Source of the DNA: an uncultured virus (IMG/VR IMGVR_UViG_3300031182_000003)
Taxonomy: Duplodnaviria > Heunggongvirae > Uroviricota > Caudoviricetes
IMG/VR virus record: IMGVR_UViG_3300031182_000003
DNA length: 59,124 nt
Strand: one strand, 5' to 3'
Shown here: piece after piece, positions 8,890 through 15,730 of the stretch
Numbering within the stretch: position 1 is the stretch's first letter
Layout of the letters: every line of letters starts with the position of its first letter
Position numbers and translations under genes: made by a program
Notes under the pieces: model-generated
What the model saw: only the letters and a program-made list of their open reading frames with translations
The model's database searches: none
Told to the model about the DNA's origin: nothing

Positions 8890-9864
8890 ATGAGTCAGCC
8901 ATTCTTTATCGACAAGACAGCTATTTTCTCCAATCCCCGCGTGCATTTGCTGGATGACATCCTGCCAATCAACGAGACACTGGAAAACATCGAATGGTTC
9001 ATCAACAGCAATTTCACGCGGTTTGGGGAGACTGTTGTCCAACACGGACGGGTGATTGCCATCAGGCCGACCGACAAAGACCGACTCGCCTCGGCGTTCA
9101 AGGCCGCCATTTATCTCGGGAAGTTCAATGATATGGACAACCGGGATCGTTTCTTCAACATGGTCAAGGCCGGTCACAGCTATGAGCCAATCCGGGGCGA
9201 GTCGGTTATTTTCCTGTTCATCGGCGTCGGCAAGCCTGTCTATGACCATCTCGTGACCTACTCTGTCGGTCGTTACGGGCGCATTGCCGCCGGACAGAGA
9301 GCGAACCTGCCGTGGGGATATGAGGTGCCGGTTGAAGCCCGGAATACCGAAGCCTACACGCAGAATGCCATCCAGATGATCCGTGACGTGATTACGCGCG
9401 TCAAAGGGATGGACGAAAATATCCAGAAGGAGCAGATGCAGGCCGCACGCTCCATGCTTCCCGTCGGCTATATCATGCCGCCGTTTCTATACGAGTTCGG
9501 CGAAGAAGCGCTCGTACATATCTTCCAGCAACGGCTTTGGGAGCCCGGCGCACAGGGCGCGACCAAAGAAATCGTCAACGATATGTGGGAGTGCATGTTG
9601 AAAATCGACCGGACGAAATGGGAGATGCTCTATGACTACCACGGCCCGCATATCCAGCAATGGCTGAAGGTGATGCGTACACTTCGCGATATGCCGACAT
9701 CTATCGGACAAGCTCTTTCGATGCTGGAGCAACGCGGCATCATTCCGGTCAGCGACGAGCATAACCTCAACCACATGAATCTGTATGACATTCTGATGAC
9801 CTTGTTTGGCAATCCTCGAAAATCAATGTGGGATAAAGGAGGAACCTCGAATGAAGTTCACTAA
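8890..9864 (+). CDS. Divergent flavin-dependent thymidylate synthase (ThyX-like)
   Basis: AGHSYEP..F.FIGVGK...HLV...GQR and AARSMLP follow the ThyX layout; canonical RHR and SQRY are replaced. Confidence 0.65.
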   Translation: MSQPFFIDKTAIFSNPRVHLLDDILPINETLENIEWFINSNFTRFGETVVQHGRVIAIRPTDKDRLASAFKAAIYLGKFNDMDNRDRFFNMVKAGHSYEPIRGESVIFLFIGVGKPVYDHLVTYSVGRYGRIAAGQRANLPWGYEVPVEARNTEAYTQNAIQMIRDVITRVKGMDENIQKEQMQAARSMLPVGYIMPPFLYEFGEEALVHIFQQRLWEPGAQGATKEIVNDMWECMLKIDRTKWEMLYDYHGPHIQQWLKVMRTLRDMPTSIGQALSMLEQRGIIPVSDEHNLNHMNLYDILMTLFGNPRKSMWDKGGTSNEVH

Positions 9865-10117
9865 GGGTCAAAAGGTACGTTGGGTCAGCAGTTTCAAAGA
9901 GAAGGTTGGCGAATACGTCGCCTTCGTTCCGGCCAACACGGACATCCGCACGTTGATCCCGGAATACGATCAGCTTTCGCGCAACCAAATCAAGGGCATG
10001 GTGATCAGTACCGTTGACCGGCATCTGATCAAGGTTCCGCGCGGCGGCCAGAGCGTCAAGTATGACTACTATATGCCGGCGGTTTACATGGGAGTCAGCG
10101 TCTATAACGAGGCGTGA
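9851..10117 (+). CDS. Hypothetical protein (possible SH3/KOW-like barrel)
   Basis: AAGGAGG RBS; MKFTKGQKVRW start. Confidence 0.75.
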   Translation: MKFTKGQKVRWVSSFKEKVGEYVAFVPANTDIRTLIPEYDQLSRNQIKGMVISTVDRHLIKVPRGGQSVKYDYYMPAVYMGVSVYNEA

Positions 10118-10524
10118 GCAACTATCGCCGGATTATGGAGGGGATAATCGGTCGCAAGCTCGAATCCCATGAGCATGTACATCACAAAGACCGTAACCGC
10201 TCCAATAACGATCCGTCGAATCTTGAGTTGTGCCCGACACCGAAAGATCATTACCGGGAACATGCCTGGGATCAGGAGGAACTGATACGCTGGCTCATTC
10301 AATACGCTGATGAATTTGGGCATCTCCCGACGCAACGCGAATGCGATGCGCATCCGGGGATGCCCCATTCTTCAACCTTCAGGCGTCATTTCGGGTCGTG
10401 GTCGATGGCAATTCGAGCGGCACAAAACAGGATCGACGAAATCAATCACTTTTGGGAGGAGGAAGTGTATGACGACGAAGGCGACGGATATATTGCACCG
10501 TGTAATGGACATCCTAATGAATGA
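10114..10524 (+). CDS. HNH endonuclease with homing-endonuclease-associated repeat
   Basis: HVHHKDRNRSNNDPSNLEL; EELI...EFGHLPT...PHSSTFRRHFGSW. Confidence 0.85.
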   Translation: MSNYRRIMEGIIGRKLESHEHVHHKDRNRSNNDPSNLELCPTPKDHYREHAWDQEELIRWLIQYADEFGHLPTQRECDAHPGMPHSSTFRRHFGSWSMAIRAAQNRIDEINHFWEEEVYDDEGDGYIAPCNGHPNE

Positions 10525-11083
10525 TGGCAAGAAAAACGAAGCCGACGCGGTTCAGGCGATGATCCAATGGATTGCTTTTGAAGTTGGCGTGGATCCCGGC
10601 ATGGTATCCGGTTCGATCCATCAAGACGCTTATCAAAAGCTGAAGACTATCGACCTTTCACCGCTTGCGGAGCGTCGGGAGGATGTCATCGGCTACTTCG
10701 TGACCACGTATTACAAAAGCCATTGCGCGTCGGATTTCTTCGCTGACATGGATGCTTGCCGCCGAATTGCGAGCAGAACGGATCAGCTTCCCGAGAAGAC
10801 GATCTATCGCCTCTTAGATCGGTGTGCGGGCTCCGGCGGACTTCTGATTGCCCTGTCGGAGAGGTTCGGCGACAAGGGCATCCTGTACGCCGCAGAACCG
10901 GATCTGACGGCTTACAGAATCGCCAACATCAATCGTACGTTGTTCAACATCAACGCGCGAATCATTCACGCCGATTACAGGATCCATGATCTGAGTCCGG
11001 GCTCTCGCAACTGGCTCAATGCAAATGCGTGGAACCCGACCAAATGGGACAAGCTCGCAAAGGCAGGCGTACCCAATGGATAA
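10469..11083 (+). CDS. Short N6-adenine MTase-like (HsdM-type SAM-binding) protein
   Basis: DFF...LLDRCAGSGGLL...YAAEPD...IIHADY; no NPPY/F motif IV; GGAGGAGG RBS. Confidence 0.65.
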   Translation: MTTKATDILHRVMDILMNDGKKNEADAVQAMIQWIAFEVGVDPGMVSGSIHQDAYQKLKTIDLSPLAERREDVIGYFVTTYYKSHCASDFFADMDACRRIASRTDQLPEKTIYRLLDRCAGSGGLLIALSERFGDKGILYAAEPDLTAYRIANINRTLFNINARIIHADYRIHDLSPGSRNWLNANAWNPTKWDKLAKAGVPNG

Positions 11084-11261
11084 ACCGCTGATCAAAGATG
11101 ACCATGTAACAATGGGCAAAGAACTGCCGGAGAAGTATTACGAAATCATCGGCAGGGCAGGCTGTATCGGGAAGGCTACCGATCCCGACGACGTATGGGA
11201 AGAAGAACCGCATTGCGCGGTTCGGGAGATCTCTCGCGAGGAGTTTGAGCACGATGATTGA
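11076..11261 (+). CDS. Hypothetical acidic protein (61 aa)
   Basis: Overlaps both neighbours in an operon-like manner. Confidence 0.6.
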   Translation: MDKPLIKDDHVTMGKELPEKYYEIIGRAGCIGKATDPDDVWEEEPHCAVREISREEFEHDD

Positions 11262-11547
11262 GAACCAGCATTTGAAGCATATCGTCGATGAACTTGAAAG
11301 TATCGGCGATGGTATCAGCGCCGAACTCAAAACCCTTTATCCCGATGTCAACGACCGTATCTTTTCGCCGCTGTTTACGCTCGGACATCGTATCAAGAGG
11401 CTTCGTAGCTATGTAGCAAAGCTGAGGATCGAGGAGCCGAGGCAGGCTTTAGTCAAGCCTTGTTTGGATTGCGGCGAAGAAGAAGCCAATCCCGGGCTCG
11501 ATGTATGCGGGCCATGCTATAATCGAAGGATCACGGGAGGAGATTGA
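11254..11547 (+). CDS. Hypothetical protein with C-terminal CxxC/CxxC
   Basis: GAGGAG RBS; CLDC...CGPC. Confidence 0.7.
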   Translation: MIENQHLKHIVDELESIGDGISAELKTLYPDVNDRIFSPLFTLGHRIKRLRSYVAKLRIEEPRQALVKPCLDCGEEEANPGLDVCGPCYNRRITGGD

Positions 11548-11548
11548 C

Positions 11549-11866
11549 ATGAAAGGTATCGTATGGAAAGATACCACGTCGTATTCGCAAAGGGAGCCGC
11601 TCGATCAACGGGTGCCGCGCATTTGGAAAGCACAAGTTGGCGACATCGACATCATCGTGACGCGCAACATCTATTTCCCGGACAGATGGTTCTGTCGCTC
11701 GCACTTTCTGCACATCGACGGTATACTCAGGTCGAAGGATATTGAGCAGGCTAAAATCGAAGCGCTGAAGGTCGTCAAACAGAAACTTCAGGAGTACGTT
11801 ACCCAAATGCAATCGGCCATCAATTACATCGACATCGAGTTGAAAGAAGCTGGTTCGGTTGAATAA
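11549..11866 (+). CDS. Hypothetical phage protein
   Basis: GGAGGAG RBS; WKDTTSYSQ start. Confidence 0.78.
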   Translation: MKGIVWKDTTSYSQREPLDQRVPRIWKAQVGDIDIIVTRNIYFPDRWFCRSHFLHIDGILRSKDIEQAKIEALKVVKQKLQEYVTQMQSAINYIDIELKEAGSVE

Positions 11867-12191
11867 GCAGATCATCTGCATTACGCAAGCCGAACTTCGG
11901 GCCATGAAATACGGCCAAGATTTGGTGACGCAAATGGCTTCCAGCGCAGATCAGATCGAGCAAACCGTCGATCATGCGAGAATCCAATTGAACCTCATGG
12001 TAAAGGCTGTCCAATCCGGCAAGGCGATTACCGAAAAGGAGCTTCTCGATCTTCGGGACAATTACCTGCCGAAGCTGGACGAGAATACGCGAACCATTCA
12101 AAGGAATGCGCAACTCTTGTGGCGCAGTATGCAGGATAACGAGAATGAGGAGCGCTACCGCGATGAGGTTCGGCGCGGCGTCAACCGGTAA
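11859..12191 (+). CDS. Hypothetical helical protein
   Basis: TTG start overlapping the previous gene; ends just before a terminator. Confidence 0.65.
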   Translation: MNKQIICITQAELRAMKYGQDLVTQMASSADQIEQTVDHARIQLNLMVKAVQSGKAITEKELLDLRDNYLPKLDENTRTIQRNAQLLWRSMQDNENEERYRDEVRRGVNR

Positions 12192-12197
12192 AATAAT

Positions 12198-12224
12198 AGC
12201 CGCCTTCATTAAGCGAAGGCGGCT
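12198..12224. terminator. Bidirectional intrinsic terminator
   Basis: Perfect 10-bp stem AGCCGCCTTC/GAAGGCGGCT with AT-rich flanks, between convergent genes. Confidence 0.8.
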
Positions 12225-12664
12225 TTATTCTCCTTTTTGTCAGCGTCAATCCACTCAATCGGTCGGTAGTCTTCGTACAGGTCGCCCATCAGGGTTTCCA
12301 TGATGGCATACGATTGAGCGAAGACGCCTTTGTGCTTTTCTTTTTCCTTGTCGTACACCTCGCGACCCTTCTCCGTGATCTCGTAAATGCGGATCGTCTT
12401 CTTTGAGCTATCTCCAATCCATTCGCCCCGGACTAAACCTTCCGCCTCAAGTTCCCGGAGTATCGGATATACCAAACCGTGTGATGGTTTCCATTGACCG
12501 GAAAAGCGGTCTTCGATGGAGTTGATGATCTCTTTGCCATACAGTCTTCCCTTCATTAGCAATAGGTGTAAGATGTAGATGGTGATGAAGGTGTTCGTGG
12601 ATACTTTCACGGGGAATAGACGATTGTACGCTCCAGAGTAGCGGACTCGCTTCTCTTTTGACAT
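12209..12664 (-). CDS. PadR-family transcriptional regulator
   Basis: YILHLL...LYGKEI...WKPSHGLVYPILRELEAEGLV...RIYEITEKG; AGGAGG RBS. Confidence 0.92.
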   Translation of the reverse strand: MSKEKRVRYSGAYNRLFPVKVSTNTFITIYILHLLLMKGRLYGKEIINSIEDRFSGQWKPSHGLVYPILRELEAEGLVRGEWIGDSSKKTIRIYEITEKGREVYDKEKEKHKGVFAQSYAIMETLMGDLYEDYRPIEWIDADKKENKAAFA

Positions 12665-12706
12665 CACGAAATTCCTCCTGTCATCTTTGAGATTGTCACC
12701 TAAAGC

Positions 12707-12736
12707 TAGTCTATCCGTAACACAGGTGTTTTATTC
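12707..12736 (-). promoter_or_regulatory. Putative sigmaF (early forespore) promoter of the padR-like gene
   Basis: Minus strand GAATA-N15-GGATAGACTA versus consensus GyATA-N15-GGnrAnAnTw. Confidence 0.55.
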
Positions 12737-12739
12737 CTG

Positions 12740-12769
12740 TCATACGGACAAAAACCTTTGCCATACAAT
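12740..12769 (+). promoter_or_regulatory. Putative sigmaE (early mother-cell) promoter
   Basis: TCATACG-N15-CATACAAT versus consensus TCATAtt-N14/15-CATAcaHT. Confidence 0.6.
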
Positions 12770-12803
12770 TATGACATAACATCAGCTTTTGGAGGGGATG
12801 TAA

Positions 12804-13049
12804 ATGATTCCATTGCTCCAATGTAGACTGGCGAAAGATGGCAGGGATACGGATCTTGAGGAGGCATTCCGTGATGTCAAAAACCGTTCGGAACGCATGA
12901 AGCACTTGATACGCTTGGGGTTGAAGGTAGAGCAGGGTGGAGTTATTGATGACAACGAGACTTTAATATTTGATGGGCAAGACTTGGCTCCGGCCCGAGA
13001 TGTTATTGTCGCACAGATAGGAACCAATCGTGTCGTACTGCGGCCCTGA
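12804..13049 (+). CDS. Small putative ribbon-helix-helix DNA-binding protein
   Basis: GGAGGGG RBS; LQCRL strand followed by DTDLEEAF and RSERMKHLIRLGL helices. Confidence 0.55.
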   Translation: MIPLLQCRLAKDGRDTDLEEAFRDVKNRSERMKHLIRLGLKVEQGGVIDDNETLIFDGQDLAPARDVIVAQIGTNRVVLRP

Positions 13050-13080
13050 ACCGCAGTACGCCGTTGGTTCCTTCTTTTTG

Positions 13081-13308
13081 TTATTTGCGCTTGTTCATCT
13101 TCAGCCACGAACGAGGTATGTCGTCCATATCGTCGAGGAAGTCGAGATCAAACTCTATACGCTCCTGCGGCGTCATCTTGCTGTAGGGCTTCCCTCTCGG
13201 TTCATTCATGACTTCCCGAAATTTTTGCATTGCGGTTGAAGCGCGGGTTTTTACCCGGCCAGCAAACGCGAAAAGCGCCTGCTTACTGGCGGCCATATTG
13301 CTTCGCAA
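13081..13308 (-). CDS. Hypothetical protein (75 aa)
   Basis: AAGGAGGG RBS before TTG. Confidence 0.65.
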   Translation of the reverse strand: MRSNMAASKQALFAFAGRVKTRASTAMQKFREVMNEPRGKPYSKMTPQERIEFDLDFLDDMDDIPRSWLKMNKRK

Positions 13309-13335
13309 TGACGATCCCTCCTTTATACCGGACTA

Positions 13336-14043
13336 TCATGAATTTCTTTGCATTTGCTTACGCTTTGCATCCAATCTTGAGAGAACGACTTCCGCAGGTT
13401 CAACCAGCATACCGTTGATAGCTTGAGCCCGCTCTACTCGATTCAGAATTTGCTCGGCTTGAATGCGATCATTGTACATCTGATCCACTGTCGAATATGC
13501 CCGCTCATGTACAAGCGTAGCATCCATTTTTGCTTTTACCTCTTGTTGACGATTCAGCCGCTCGCGCAAGTTGTTGACTTGGCGGCCCGTTTCGGTTTGT
13601 TTGAGCCGTTCTGCGATCTTCTGGCCTTCGTCCGTTGCATTCACCGAGGCTATTCGGGAATCAGTAATCTTCTTCTCGACCTCCTCCTTATATTGTCTCC
13701 AGTCATTATCACCAAACGTCGCCTTGCGGAACAGATCCTTGTCTGCATCGTTATCCAATTGATTCATATATTTCAGCTTATCCTCGTAGCTGAGACCGGA
13801 TACGTTTGTGCCGAATTTCTCGTTGAAGACCTTGCGGGCTTCGTTACGGGCGTACGCTTCTTCTTTCTTGGCGGCGCGGGCCGCTCTGGATTTAGCGTCC
13901 AATCCCAAAGCCCGGGCCGCTTTCTTGTACGCTCCGGTCTTGTGGGCTACGATGGCCCCGGCAACCCCTAATGTTGCTACCCCAATGCCGACGTAAAGCC
14001 CGGTTCGACTCGCATCGTCATTACTCTGAATAGCATGTGGCAT
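13336..14043 (-). CDS. Single-pass membrane-anchored coiled-coil protein
   Basis: AAGGAGGT RBS; GLYVGIGVATLGVAGAIVA TM segment followed by a charged helical region. Confidence 0.8.
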   Translation of the reverse strand: MPHAIQSNDDASRTGLYVGIGVATLGVAGAIVAHKTGAYKKAARALGLDAKSRAARAAKKEEAYARNEARKVFNEKFGTNVSGLSYEDKLKYMNQLDNDADKDLFRKATFGDNDWRQYKEEVEKKITDSRIASVNATDEGQKIAERLKQTETGRQVNNLRERLNRQQEVKAKMDATLVHERAYSTVDQMYNDRIQAEQILNRVERAQAINGMLVEPAEVVLSRLDAKRKQMQRNS

Positions 14044-14097
14044 GTTCACGACCTCCTTTACTGTGAACTTGATACCTTTATTGTATCGGAAATTTTG

Positions 14098-14126
14098 GAA
14101 TAAGACGAGTAGCAATCGACATAGTT
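14098..14126 (+). promoter_or_regulatory. Putative sporulation-sigma (sigmaG/sigmaE-like) promoter of the T4SS-like operon
   Basis: GAATA-N17-CATAGTT; no convincing sigmaA promoter on this strand in the gap. Confidence 0.45.
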
Positions 14127-14130
14127 ATAA

Positions 14131-14155
14131 ACCACCTTACTCCATTGAAGGTGGT
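14131..14155 (+). promoter_or_regulatory. 5'-UTR hairpin occluding the pilin RBS
   Basis: ACCACCTT-N9-AAGGTGGT perfect 8-bp stem whose 3' arm is the Shine-Dalgarno. Confidence 0.55.
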
Positions 14156-14162
14156 GATAACG

Positions 14163-14660
14163 ATGATGACCGCAACGGCGACAGGGTTTCGGGTAACACT
14201 TGAGTCTCGTCCTGTCAGAATTGAGAAAGCAATAGCGAAAGACATCAAAGCTGTCGCAAATTTTATGCAAGGCAAGGAGCCCAAATCATTAAGAAAACAG
14301 CGTCGGGTTTTCGGGTTACTTGTGGGACTTCTTGCCGTAACTCCGACGCATCCGGCGTGGGCCGCGCTTCCGAAGGAAACTATCGAAGCCATGAAGAAGG
14401 AAGCGGTTATCCCGCCGGAAGTCGATATGGTATTGCTCAAGATCCAATTGCTTTGTCTTGGGCTTTGCGTCTCGGTCGCCGTTATTATGGCTATGATAGC
14501 CGGTCTTTTAAGGATTATTGGGCTTCGCGAAGAAGCGAGGCGCAGGTACGCGGATGCCTGCATGGGTATGATCCAAGTGCTTACTGCACCTGCTGTGTTG
14601 GGTATCCTAGCCATGATTGTCCGAGGTTTGCTCAAGCTCTTTCCCGGTTCTTTGATGTAA
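14163..14660 (+). CDS. VirB2/TrbC-like T4SS pilin
   Basis: Long basic leader, hydrophobic signal ending PAWA-A, two TM helices separated by REEARRRY; first gene of a VirB6/ATPase/relaxase operon. Confidence 0.7.
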   Translation: MMTATATGFRVTLESRPVRIEKAIAKDIKAVANFMQGKEPKSLRKQRRVFGLLVGLLAVTPTHPAWAALPKETIEAMKKEAVIPPEVDMVLLKIQLLCLGLCVSVAVIMAMIAGLLRIIGLREEARRRYADACMGMIQVLTAPAVLGILAMIVRGLLKLFPGSLM

Positions 14661-15586
14661 AGCGGCGCACGCTGAAGGCGTTTGCGCTCGCGCTACCCTG
14701 TCTTTTTCTGCCGGGATGCCAGTCGGCGGAGGAGTATATTGTTGAAAAAGAGCGCGGCTTCTTGATCGACTTTGTCGGATGGATCTTCGACGAAATGCTC
14801 AAGTATGTTTTGTTTACGCCGTTCTCCGTATTCAAAACGACAACAACCATGAGTCTCGTGTTCAAATTCGGAGTCATTTCCGGCGGGCTTGTAACCGTAC
14901 TCGCCATGATTGAAGGCATCAAGCGCACGCTTTCCATGCAATACACCCCGATCTCCACCATCATTCGTCGATATCCCATTGCGCTTGCAGTTACAGCTTT
15001 TGCGCCGACCCTGTTCTATTTTGCAGGCATGGGAGTCAACGAACTCGTCTCCCTGATTGGCCTCATTACCGGTTCCACCCTTCATTCTTCAGCAATCTAT
15101 TCCAGCACTCTGCATCAGTTTGGCGCAAGCATCTACATGGCGTTTCTGACATTCATCTTTATTGCTGTGCTTGGATACTATCTGATCCGCACATTCTTTT
15201 TTCATGCGAACCGCTGGTTCGGCTTGCTGTTCAACTGTGTGATGACGCCATTCGTTATGTTGGCGTACACGTTCCGGCCTTACGAGCAGGTGGCAAGCGG
15301 CTGGCTCAGGGATACGCTATACAAATACGGTATTCAGGTCTATCAAAGCCTTTTGCTCAGTCTGGTCGCCGTGATTCTGTATGCGCCGAACATCTTCCCG
15401 TTTGAGGGCACCATCGACGGTATGAACTCTGGACTCGTTCGATTGATGCTGTCTATCGGAGGTTTACATGTGATGAATTACCCGCCGTCGTGGCTTCAGA
15501 GCATCTTTCCGTCATCCGGCGGCGAAAAGAACATGCTGAAAAACATCGTCAGAGTGGCGAAAATGCTGGCGACGCGCTCAAAGTGA
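14657..15586 (+). CDS. VirB6/TrbL-like polytopic membrane protein (start uncertain)
   Basis: About 6-7 TM segments; RWFGLLFNCVMTPFVMLAYTFRPYEQVASGWLR...IQVYQSLLL resembles the VirB6 core; no canonical start codon at the apparent N-terminus. Confidence 0.65.
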   Translation, partial: VKRRTLKAFALALPCLFLPGCQSAEEYIVEKERGFLIDFVGWIFDEMLKYVLFTPFSVFKTTTTMSLVFKFGVISGGLVTVLAMIEGIKRTLSMQYTPISTIIRRYPIALAVTAFAPTLFYFAGMGVNELVSLIGLITGSTLHSSAIYSSTLHQFGASIYMAFLTFIFIAVLGYYLIRTFFFHANRWFGLLFNCVMTPFVMLAYTFRPYEQVASGWLRDTLYKYGIQVYQSLLLSLVAVILYAPNIFPFEGTIDGMNSGLVRLMLSIGGLHVMNYPPSWLQSIFPSSGGEKNMLKNIVRVAKMLATRSK

Positions 15587-15598
15587 AGGGGGTGTCCC

Positions 15599-15730
15599 AT
15601 GTCGGCTGAGCAAATTATGACGGTTGCCTTGGTCATTCAGACGACGGTGCTTGCCATTAACACGATTACATTGATGGTCGTCGGTATCCTGACGCTCAAG
15701 GTGGTGAGCGGGCGTGCAAGAGGCAAATAG
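15599..15730 (+). CDS. 43-aa single-TM peptide (absent from the ORF track)
   Basis: AAGGGGGTG RBS; MSAEQIMTVALVIQTTVLAINTITLMVVGILTLKVVSGRARGK; overlaps the ATPase start. Confidence 0.7.
   Translation: MSAEQIMTVALVIQTTVLAINTITLMVVGILTLKVVSGRARGK

Noticed and set aside
10114..11083. HNH plus MTase as a restriction-modification system
   Set aside because: The MTase-like ORF lacks catalytic motif IV and the HNH is of the homing-endonuclease type
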